A DNA stretch of 32,000 nucleotides from Mycobacterium tuberculosis H37Rv. Lineage in GTDB: Bacteria; Actinomycetota; Actinomycetes; Mycobacteriales; Mycobacteriaceae. The notes below the pieces were generated by a model. That model was given only the letters and a program-made list of their open reading frames with translations. It ran no database searches and was not told where the DNA came from. The stretch's first letter is position 1. Each line of letters starts with the position of its first letter. Shown one piece after another: positions 1 through 7,649 of the stretch. The position numbers and the translations under genes are program-made. The stretch covers positions 1,200,001-1,232,000 of the forward strand of contig NC_000962.3 of the NCBI RefSeq assembly GCF_000195955.2, written 5' to 3'.

Positions 1-376
1 CTTTCGAGGTGGCGCCGACGATGGCTTTGGTGCTCAGCCGGATCCGCTTGCCGGTCTGCTCGGCGAGTCCGCGGGCGATCAACACGCCCGGTACTTCCTC
101 AGCGCTAGCGCAGCCGTATCCCGTCGCCGTCGAGTCACCAAAGATCATCAGGTGCACGTCGAAGGGCACTTCGCGTCGCCACCGTTGCACGGGCCCACCG
201 CCGCGGGTGTATACGCCGTCGGCGCGGGGCGGTGCGTCGAAGGATTTGGGAATTACCGTGCGCGCGTGGGTCGCCTGACCGACCAGCAGGTTGCGTGCGC
301 CCAGATAGGCCGTGCCCGTCGAGGCGAGTGCACCCGCGGTGGCCAAAGCGATCGTGGAACGCCGTGGCACGCGCAT
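1..376 (-). CDS. Exported SGNH/GDSL-family hydrolase (lipase/esterase-like); 5' part only, gene runs off the left edge
   Basis: Hand translation of the minus strand from ATG 376..374 gives MRVPRRSTIALATAGALASTGTAYLGA (signal-peptide-like). It continues ...FDVHLMIFGDSTATGYGC..., the block-I GDS motif of SGNH hydrolases. It is absent from the ORF track because no stop lies inside the window. From memory this is Rv1075c. Confidence 0.7.
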   Translation of the reverse strand, partial: MRVPRRSTIALATAGALASTGTAYLGARNLLVGQATHARTVIPKSFDAPPRADGVYTRGGGPVQRWRREVPFDVHLMIFGDSTATGYGCASAEEVPGVLIARGLAEQTGKRIRLSTKAIVGATSK

Positions 377-592
377 GCTCACGGGATCAGTTTAGGACGG
401 TTGTGCCGATTTCGTGGATAGCTGACGAACAAACCCGTCACGGTGTGGACCAAATGTGGTATCGAATCAGACTCTTTGGCTGTGGCACCTAAAAAAGACT
501 GTCAAGCTAAGTTCGCGGGGTTGGCTGAGCCAGAGGCTCAGCCGCTTCGTCACATGCTGTATCGGACTACAACGGCGTAGGAAGTGTTGGGC

Positions 593-1660
593 ATGACTGC
601 ACCCAGTAAGGTATCCGGCTCACCCAGAGTTGTCATTTCGCCGCGCGACGTGTTGAAGGCACGTAGACTCGAGGCACGCAAGTTTGCGATCAGCGACGGC
701 GCCCCGGTGGAGGTCGTCGAGTCTGGTCCAAGTCTTGTTGCGCGATTAGCTGCGCTGGCGTCACGAGTGGCGGTCCGGCCGGTGCTAGCGGTCGGTAGCT
801 ATCTTCCGCATGCGCCCTGGCCGTGGGGTGTCATCGACCAGGCTGCCCGGGTTCTGCTCCCAGCGTCAACGACCGTAAGGGCCGCGGTGAGCCTGCCTAA
901 TGCGTCCGCCCAACTGGTTCGGGCGTCGGGTGTGTTGCCGGCGGACGGCACTCGACGCGCCGTCCTGTACCTGCACGGCGGCGCGTTTCTGACGTGTGGA
1001 GCAAACTCGCATGGACGACTCGTCGAGTTGCTCTCTAAGTTCGCTGACTCGCCTGTTCTGGTGGTCGACTATCGGTTGATTCCCAAGCACTCGATCGGGA
1101 TGGCGCTCGACGACTGTCACGACGGCTACCGGTGGCTGAGGCTGTTGGGCTATGAGCCGGAGCAGATCGTGCTAGCGGGCGATTCCGCGGGCGGGTATCT
1201 TGCGCTCGCTCTCGCGCAGCGGCTACAGGAAGTGGGGGAGGAGCCGGCGGCTCTAGTCGCGATCTCGCCACTGCTGCAGCTAGCAAAGGAACACAAGCAG
1301 GCGCATCCCAACATCAAAACCGATGCGATGTTCCCGGCAAGGGCGTTCGATGCGCTTGACGCATTGGTTGCTAGCGCAGCAGCGAGGAACCAGGTAGACG
1401 GCGAACCCGAAGAGCTCTATGAGCCCTTGGAGCACATCACACCGGGGCTGCCGCGGACACTGATTCACGTGTCGGGCTCCGAGGTATTGCTGCACGACGC
1501 TCAGTTGGCGGCGGCCAAACTGGCGGCGGCCGGGGTGCCGGCCGAGGTCCGGGTATGGCCGGGCCAGGTCCACGACTTTCAGGTTGCGGCGTCGATGCTG
1601 CCCGAGGCGATCCGCTCGTTGCGTCAGATCGGGGAGTACATCCGCGAGGCCACCGGGTAG
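593..1660 (+). CDS. lipU: Alpha/beta-hydrolase lipase/esterase of the hormone-sensitive-lipase family (LipU)
   Basis: ORF 584..1660 carries the oxyanion motif LYLHGGAF and the nucleophile elbow GDSAGG. The start is uncertain. I chose ATG 593, which has AGGAAG about 9 nt upstream. GTG 584 and GTG 767 are in-frame alternatives; 767 would give 297 aa and is, I believe, the reference call. Confidence 0.85.
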   Translation: MTAPSKVSGSPRVVISPRDVLKARRLEARKFAISDGAPVEVVESGPSLVARLAALASRVAVRPVLAVGSYLPHAPWPWGVIDQAARVLLPASTTVRAAVSLPNASAQLVRASGVLPADGTRRAVLYLHGGAFLTCGANSHGRLVELLSKFADSPVLVVDYRLIPKHSIGMALDDCHDGYRWLRLLGYEPEQIVLAGDSAGGYLALALAQRLQEVGEEPAALVAISPLLQLAKEHKQAHPNIKTDAMFPARAFDALDALVASAAARNQVDGEPEELYEPLEHITPGLPRTLIHVSGSEVLLHDAQLAAAKLAAAGVPAEVRVWPGQVHDFQVAASMLPEAIRSLRQIGEYIREATG

Positions 1661-1716
1661 CGGGATGCCGACGGAGCGCGTGTGCCTGGCCGGCAGGCGC
1701 CTGAGACGATGAACGC

Positions 1717-3111
1717 ATGCGGATCGCGCAACATATCAGTGAACTCATTGGTGGTACCCCACTGGTTCGGCTGAACTCCGTGGTACCCGACGGCGCCGGA
1801 ACCGTGGCCGCAAAGGTCGAGTATCTCAACCCTGGCGGCAGCTCCAAGGATCGGATCGCGGTGAAGATGATCGAAGCCGCCGAGGCCAGCGGTCAGCTGA
1901 AGCCGGGTGGCACCATCGTCGAACCCACGTCCGGCAATACCGGCGTTGGTCTGGCGTTGGTCGCTCAGCGCCGCGGCTACAAGTGCGTGTTCGTCTGCCC
2001 GGACAAGGTCAGTGAGGATAAACGCAATGTGTTGATCGCCTACGGCGCCGAGGTCGTGGTGTGCCCGACGGCGGTCCCGCCGCACGATCCGGCCAGCTAC
2101 TACAGTGTGTCGGACCGGTTGGTCCGTGATATCGACGGTGCCTGGAAGCCCGACCAGTACGCCAACCCGGAGGGACCGGCAAGCCATTATGTGACCACCG
2201 GCCCGGAAATCTGGGCCGATACCGAGGGCAAGGTCACCCATTTCGTGGCTGGCATCGGCACCGGCGGTACCATCACCGGCGCTGGCCGGTACCTCAAAGA
2301 GGTGTCCGGGGGCCGAGTACGCATCGTCGGCGCCGACCCGGAGGGATCGGTCTATTCGGGCGGTGCCGGCCGACCGTATCTGGTCGAGGGGGTCGGCGAG
2401 GATTTCTGGCCGGCGGCCTATGACCCGAGCGTGCCCGACGAGATCATCGCGGTGTCCGACTCCGACTCGTTCGACATGACCAGGCGGCTGGCCCGCGAAG
2501 AGGCGATGTTGGTCGGCGGGTCGTGCGGGATGGCGGTGGTTGCCGCGCTCAAGGTCGCCGAGGAAGCCGGGCCCGACGCGTTGATCGTCGTCCTGTTGCC
2601 CGACGGCGGCCGGGGCTACATGTCGAAAATCTTCAACGACGCGTGGATGTCGTCCTATGGGTTCCTGCGCAGCCGCCTTGACGGGTCGACCGAGCAATCC
2701 ACCGTCGGTGATGTGTTGCGCCGCAAGTCCGGCGCGCTGCCCGCCCTGGTGCACACCCATCCGTCGGAGACCGTGCGCGACGCCATCGGGATTCTTCGCG
2801 AGTACGGGGTGTCGCAGATGCCGGTGGTCGGCGCCGAGCCGCCGGTGATGGCCGGCGAGGTCGCCGGTAGCGTCTCGGAACGCGAGCTGCTCTCGGCCGT
2901 GTTCGAGGGCCGCGCCAAGTTGGCCGACGCCGTGTCGGCACACATGAGCCCGCCGCTGCGGATGATAGGCGCCGGTGAATTGGTCAGTGCGGCCGGCAAG
3001 GCGTTGCGTGATTGGGATGCGTTGATGGTGGTGGAGGAAGGCAAGCCGGTTGGGGTCATTACCCGGTACGACTTGTTGGGCTTCTTGTCGGAGGGGGCGG
3101 GACGGCGGTAG
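1717..3111 (+). CDS. cbs: Cystathionine beta-synthase (PLP fold-type II domain plus C-terminal tandem CBS domains)
   Basis: 464-aa ORF. It has the PLP-lysine context NPGGSSKDRIA and the glycine loop GIGTGGTITG. The C-terminal ~130 aa resemble a CBS pair (VRDAIGILREYGVSQMPVV ... ALMVVEEGKPVGVITRYDLL). Confidence 0.93.
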   Translation: MRIAQHISELIGGTPLVRLNSVVPDGAGTVAAKVEYLNPGGSSKDRIAVKMIEAAEASGQLKPGGTIVEPTSGNTGVGLALVAQRRGYKCVFVCPDKVSEDKRNVLIAYGAEVVVCPTAVPPHDPASYYSVSDRLVRDIDGAWKPDQYANPEGPASHYVTTGPEIWADTEGKVTHFVAGIGTGGTITGAGRYLKEVSGGRVRIVGADPEGSVYSGGAGRPYLVEGVGEDFWPAAYDPSVPDEIIAVSDSDSFDMTRRLAREEAMLVGGSCGMAVVAALKVAEEAGPDALIVVLLPDGGRGYMSKIFNDAWMSSYGFLRSRLDGSTEQSTVGDVLRRKSGALPALVHTHPSETVRDAIGILREYGVSQMPVVGAEPPVMAGEVAGSVSERELLSAVFEGRAKLADAVSAHMSPPLRMIGAGELVSAAGKALRDWDALMVVEEGKPVGVITRYDLLGFLSEGAGRR

Positions 3112-3312
3112 TCGCGCAGGCAGGCGCGCCGCAATTTAGTTCGGCTACAAACAATTACGGCAGGCGGCCAGTGCCGCACAGGTCGTGGGCACTGACCCAT
3201 TGGGCCCCGTGGCTCATCTCACCGCCGGGCGTTCCGGTGAATCCGGTCCTCAGGTACTGTAGTCCCGCCTAGTTCACCCTAGTTCAGCTGAACCTCAGTG
3301 GAAGGTGTGCCC

Positions 3313-4035
3313 ATGACCGAACAGCCGCCCCCCGGCGGGTCGTACCCACCGCCCCCGCCACCGCCTGGGCCGTCCGGTGGGCATGAGCCACCTCCCGCTG
3401 CACCACCCGGCGGCAGTGGTTACGCTCCGCCCCCTCCGCCCTCGAGCGGCAGTGGCTACCCGCCTCCGCCGCCACCGCCTGGCGGGGGGGCCTACCCGCC
3501 GCCTCCGCCGTCGGCCGGCGGTTACGCGCCGCCGCCGCCCGGACCGGCGATTCGTACGATGCCGACCGAGTCCTACACGCCGTGGATTACCCGGGTGCTG
3601 GCGGCATTCATCGACTGGGCCCCATACGTAGTGCTGGTTGGCATCGGTTGGGTGATCATGCTGGTCACTCAGACGTCGTCGTGCGTCACCAGCATTAGTG
3701 AGTACGACGTCGGCCAGTTCTGCGTTTCCCAGCCGTCGATGATCGGCCAGTTGGTGCAGTGGTTGTTGTCGGTGGGCGGATTGGCTTACCTGGTCTGGAA
3801 CTACGGCTATCGCCAGGGCACCATCGGGTCGAGCATCGGCAAGTCGGTGCTGAAGTTCAAGGTGGTCAGCGAGACCACCGGGCAACCAATCGGCTTCGGG
3901 ATGTCGGTGGTACGCCAGCTTGCCCACTTTATCGACGCGATCATCTGCTTCGTCGGGTTCCTGTTTCCGCTGTGGGACGCTAAACGGCAAACGTTGGCGG
4001 ACAAGATCATGACGACGGTGTGCGTGCCGATCTGA
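3313..4035 (+). CDS. pra: Proline-rich membrane protein with RDD-type C-terminal domain (proline-rich antigen homolog)
   Basis: ATG 3313 lies within ORF 3298..4035. The N-terminal ~90 aa are repeats of GG-x-GY-x-PPPPP. They are followed by hydrophobic helices and the ending ...DAKRQTLADKIMTTV, typical of RDD-family proteins. Confidence 0.85.
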   Translation: MTEQPPPGGSYPPPPPPPGPSGGHEPPPAAPPGGSGYAPPPPPSSGSGYPPPPPPPGGGAYPPPPPSAGGYAPPPPGPAIRTMPTESYTPWITRVLAAFIDWAPYVVLVGIGWVIMLVTQTSSCVTSISEYDVGQFCVSQPSMIGQLVQWLLSVGGLAYLVWNYGYRQGTIGSSIGKSVLKFKVVSETTGQPIGFGMSVVRQLAHFIDAIICFVGFLFPLWDAKRQTLADKIMTTVCVPI

Positions 4036-4066
4036 TCCGGGACTGCACTGCCCACCCGACCGTCCG

Positions 4067-5233
4067 ATGAGCGAAGACCGCACGGGACACCAGGGAATCA
4101 GCGGACCGGCCACCCGCGCCATCCACGCTGGCTACCGCCCGGATCCGGCGACCGGGGCGGTGAACGTGCCGATCTACGCCAGCAGCACCTTCGCCCAAGA
4201 CGGCGTCGGCGGTCTGCGTGGCGGTTTCGAATACGCACGCACCGGCAACCCCACCCGGGCCGCATTGGAGGCCTCGCTGGCGGCAGTCGAGGAGGGTGCT
4301 TTCGCGCGGGCATTCAGTTCCGGGATGGCCGCGACCGACTGCGCCCTGCGGGCGATGTTACGGCCCGGAGACCACGTCGTCATTCCCGATGACGCCTACG
4401 GCGGCACATTCCGGTTGATAGACAAGGTGTTCACCCGGTGGGATGTCCAGTACACGCCGGTGCGGCTTGCCGATCTGGATGCGGTGGGTGCCGCGATTAC
4501 TCCGCGCACCCGGCTGATTTGGGTGGAGACGCCCACCAATCCGCTACTGTCGATCGCCGATATCACGGCCATTGCCGAGCTGGGCACAGACAGATCGGCA
4601 AAAGTATTGGTGGACAATACCTTTGCCTCACCCGCGTTGCAGCAGCCGTTGCGGCTGGGCGCCGATGTGGTGTTGCACTCGACTACCAAGTACATCGGCG
4701 GCCATTCCGACGTGGTGGGAGGTGCGCTGGTCACCAACGACGAAGAGCTGGACGAGGAGTTCGCTTTCTTGCAGAACGGCGCCGGCGCGGTGCCCGGACC
4801 ATTCGACGCCTACCTGACCATGCGCGGCCTGAAGACCTTGGTGCTGCGGATGCAGCGGCACAGTGAAAATGCCTGTGCGGTAGCGGAATTCCTCGCTGAT
4901 CATCCGTCGGTGAGTTCTGTGTTGTATCCGGGTTTGCCCAGTCATCCCGGGCATGAGATTGCCGCGCGACAGATGCGCGGCTTCGGCGGCATGGTTTCGG
5001 TGCGGATGCGGGCCGGTCGGCGTGCGGCGCAGGACCTGTGTGCCAAGACCCGCGTCTTCATCCTGGCCGAGTCGCTGGGTGGGGTGGAGTCGCTGATCGA
5101 ACATCCCAGCGCCATGACCCATGCGTCGACGGCCGGTTCGCAATTGGAGGTGCCCGACGATCTGGTGCGGCTTTCGGTCGGTATCGAAGACATTGCCGAC
5201 CTGCTCGGCGATCTCGAACAGGCCCTGGGTTAA
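4067..5233 (+). CDS. metB: Cystathionine gamma-synthase/gamma-lyase family PLP enzyme
   Basis: 388-aa ORF with the Cys/Met-metabolism PLP signature HSTTKYIGGHSDVVGG and overall family-typical length. Confidence 0.93.
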   Translation: MSEDRTGHQGISGPATRAIHAGYRPDPATGAVNVPIYASSTFAQDGVGGLRGGFEYARTGNPTRAALEASLAAVEEGAFARAFSSGMAATDCALRAMLRPGDHVVIPDDAYGGTFRLIDKVFTRWDVQYTPVRLADLDAVGAAITPRTRLIWVETPTNPLLSIADITAIAELGTDRSAKVLVDNTFASPALQQPLRLGADVVLHSTTKYIGGHSDVVGGALVTNDEELDEEFAFLQNGAGAVPGPFDAYLTMRGLKTLVLRMQRHSENACAVAEFLADHPSVSSVLYPGLPSHPGHEIAARQMRGFGGMVSVRMRAGRRAAQDLCAKTRVFILAESLGGVESLIEHPSAMTHASTAGSQLEVPDDLVRLSVGIEDIADLLGDLEQALG

Positions 5234-5235
5234 CT

Positions 5236-5303
5236 ACCGCGAGCAGACGCGAAAGCACCCCAAAACCGCCGGTTTGGGGGCTTCTGCGTCTGCTCGCGGG
5301 TAC
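5236..5303. terminator. Bidirectional hairpin filling the whole metB/greA convergent intergenic gap; member of a repeated hairpin family
   Basis: The outer arms CCGCGAGCAGACGC (5237-5250) and GCGTCTGCTCGCGG (5286-5299) are complementary. An inner imperfect stem CCCCAAAACC/GGTTTGGGGG is nested inside them. metB stops at 5233 and greA stops at 5304. Confidence 0.7.
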
Positions 5304-5798
5304 CTAGGAGTGGTACGGCTCGGCGCTGACTAGGGTCACCGACACGGTGCTGCCGTTGGGCACCGTGTAGCTGCGGGTCTCGCCGACCTTGGCGTCGATC
5401 AGGGCCCCACCGAGCGGTGAATTCGGCGAGTAGACCTCGAGCTTGCCGTCGCTGACGCCCTCCTGGCGGGTGGCGATGAGGAACGTTTCGCTGTCCGACT
5501 TGTCGCCGTTGTAGTACACCTTGACCACAGAACCGGGTAATGCGACGCCGGATTGCTTGGGTGCCTCGCCAACCTTTGCGTTGCTGAGCAAGTCCTGCAG
5601 CTGGCGAATGCGGGCCTCCTGCTGGCCCTGCTCCTCGCGGGCGGCGTGGTATCCGCCGTTCTCGCGCAGGTCGCCTTCTTCGCGGCGGTCGTTGATTTCG
5701 GCGGCGATGACCGGGCGATTCGCAATCAGCTGGTCGAGCTCTGCTTTGAGTCGGTCATGTGACTCTTGGGTCAACCAGGTGACTTGAGTATCCGTCAT
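5304..5798 (-). CDS. greA: Transcription elongation factor GreA
   Basis: 164-aa ORF with an N-terminal coiled-coil ([17 protein letters not shown]...[19 protein letters not shown]) and a C-terminal globular domain, as in GreA/GreB. Confidence 0.95.
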
Positions 5799-5983
5799 CT
5801 CGTCGCGCTCCTCGTGTTGTCGTTCCCGCGTAGTCGGGCAAGTTTCGGATCCCTGCCAGCAGCACTGTCGGGAATATTTGGGGTCTCACCCCGGGTTGCC
5901 GCCGCTCCGTTCTGCGTACGGCCGTTAATGCAGCAATACACGGCCCCGGCAGGACCGTGCATCGATCCATGCTACCACCACGG

Positions 5984-6418
5984 TCAGGGGAGGCGCAGGT
6001 AGCTGGGCACTTCGGTGCCACAACCGTATACGTCCGCCATCACCGGCGGCTGGGAGGATTTCACGGTCGTCGTCACCTGCACGGTGGTTGCCTCGGACGG
6101 TGGGACTAGCAGCTCACGTCTGCCGGTCTCGCTGCCGTTTGTTGCCCGAACTCGCACGATGCAGGCCACCGGTCGGGACGGGTCCGAACGTGTCACGCTG
6201 ATGGTGACCGATGCCGTCTCGTCGTCGACCAGTCGATAGCCCACCAGCGAACCGGTGACGGCGCTGGTGCTGATCCGTTGGTAGCCGATGACGGCAATGA
6301 CGATGCCGGCCGCGGCGACCAGCACCCCCAGGGCGATCGCGACACGGCGCCGCGCTCGGCGGGACAGTCGCGGGCGTCCGTAGCGGGCGTCTGGTCGCGG
6401 AATGGGGGTGTGGGTCAT
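5984..6418 (-). CDS. Small single-pass membrane protein (DUF4307-like)
   Basis: ORF 5984..6445. I prefer the second ATG at 6418 (144 aa). It has an Arg-rich N-terminus, one TM helix ([21 protein letters not shown]) and a beta-rich ectodomain. The start could instead be 6445. Confidence 0.7.
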   Translation of the reverse strand: MTHTPIPRPDARYGRPRLSRRARRRVAIALGVLVAAAGIVIAVIGYQRISTSAVTGSLVGYRLVDDETASVTISVTRSDPSRPVACIVRVRATNGSETGRRELLVPPSEATTVQVTTTVKSSQPPVMADVYGCGTEVPSYLRLP

Positions 6419-6462
6419 GCCTGGGTTCACGCCGGCGGGATGCAACGCTTCGACAAACCGGA

Positions 6463-6468
6463 ATTATA
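6463..6468 (-). promoter_or_regulatory. Candidate -10 hexamer TATAAT for the minus-strand membrane-protein gene
   Basis: Plus strand ATTATA at 6463-6468 is TATAAT on the minus strand, 18-45 nt upstream of the two candidate starts. A second TATAAG-like copy lies 10 nt away (6475-6480). This rests on sequence only, with no transcript data. Confidence 0.3.
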
Positions 6469-6519
6469 GGGTCACTTATAGGCTTAAGGGGGCAGCCAGG
6501 CGGACGGACAAGGGGGCAC

Positions 6520-7386
6520 GTGAGCGAACTGCGGTTGATGGCGGTGCACGCCCACCCCGATGACGAGTCCAGCAAGGGCGCGGCCACCCTGGCGCGCTAC
6601 GCCGACGAGGGTCATCGCGTGCTGGTGGTGACGTTGACCGGTGGTGAGCGCGGCGAGATCCTCAACCCGGCGATGGACCTGCCGGACGTGCATGGGCGCA
6701 TCGCCGAGATCCGGCGTGACGAGATGACCAAGGCGGCCGAGATCCTCGGTGTCGAGCACACCTGGCTGGGCTTCGTCGACTCCGGGCTACCTAAGGGTGA
6801 TTTACCGCCACCGCTGCCTGATGACTGCTTCGCGCGGGTACCGCTGGAGGTGTCCACCGAGGCGCTGGTGCGGGTGGTTCGCGAGTTTCGGCCGCACGTG
6901 ATGACCACCTACGACGAGAACGGCGGCTACCCACATCCCGACCACATTCGCTGCCATCAGGTTTCGGTGGCTGCCTACGAGGCGGCCGGTGACTTTTGCC
7001 GGTTTCCCGACGCGGGTGAGCCGTGGACGGTGTCCAAGCTGTACTACGTCCACGGCTTCCTGCGGGAGCGGATGCAGATGTTGCAGGATGAGTTCGCCCG
7101 GCACGGCCAACGCGGCCCATTCGAACAATGGCTGGCGTACTGGGACCCCGACCATGACTTTCTCACCAGCCGAGTGACCACCCGGGTCGAGTGCTCGAAA
7201 TACTTCAGCCAACGCGACGATGCGTTGCGCGCGCATGCCACCCAGATCGACCCGAACGCCGAATTCTTCGCCGCCCCGCTTGCCTGGCAGGAGCGGCTGT
7301 GGCCGACCGAGGAATTCGAGTTGGCTCGCTCGCGTATCCCCGCGCGCCCACCGGAGACCGAATTGTTCGCCGGGATCGAGCCGTGA
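6520..7386 (+). CDS. mca: Mycothiol S-conjugate amidase (LmbE/PIG-L deacetylase family)
   Basis: 288-aa ORF with a GTG start. It carries the zinc-binding motif [10 protein letters not shown] and a downstream HPDH motif, typical of MshB/Mca. Confidence 0.9.
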
Positions 7387-7649
7387 ACCAGATTCTGCTC
7401 AGCGTGATTGCTGAGGGCGGGCCCGGTAACACCGGACCCGATTTCGGGAAGGCTAGCCCGGTGGGGTTGCTGGTGATCGTGCTATTGGTGATCGCCACGT
7501 TGTTTCTGGTGCGTTCGATGAACCAGCAACTGAAGAAAGTTCCCAAGTCGTTCGACCGGGATCACCCCGAGCTCGACCAGGCAGCCGACGAGGGCACCGA
7601 CCGCGACGGACCGGCCCGACCACCGGGACCCCCGCATGAGTCCGGCTAA
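7383..7649 (+). CDS. Small membrane protein (88 aa), translationally coupled to mca
   Basis: GTG 7383 overlaps the mca stop as GTGA (7383-7386). One TM helix is present ([17 protein letters not shown]). The frame is the same as track ORF 7191..7649. Confidence 0.6.

Noticed and set aside
1624-2943. A 439-aa minus-strand ORF antisense to cbs
   Set aside because: The cbs frame has unambiguous PLP and CBS-domain motifs. The antisense product is a low-complexity Arg/Gly/His sequence typical of a GC-rich artefact.
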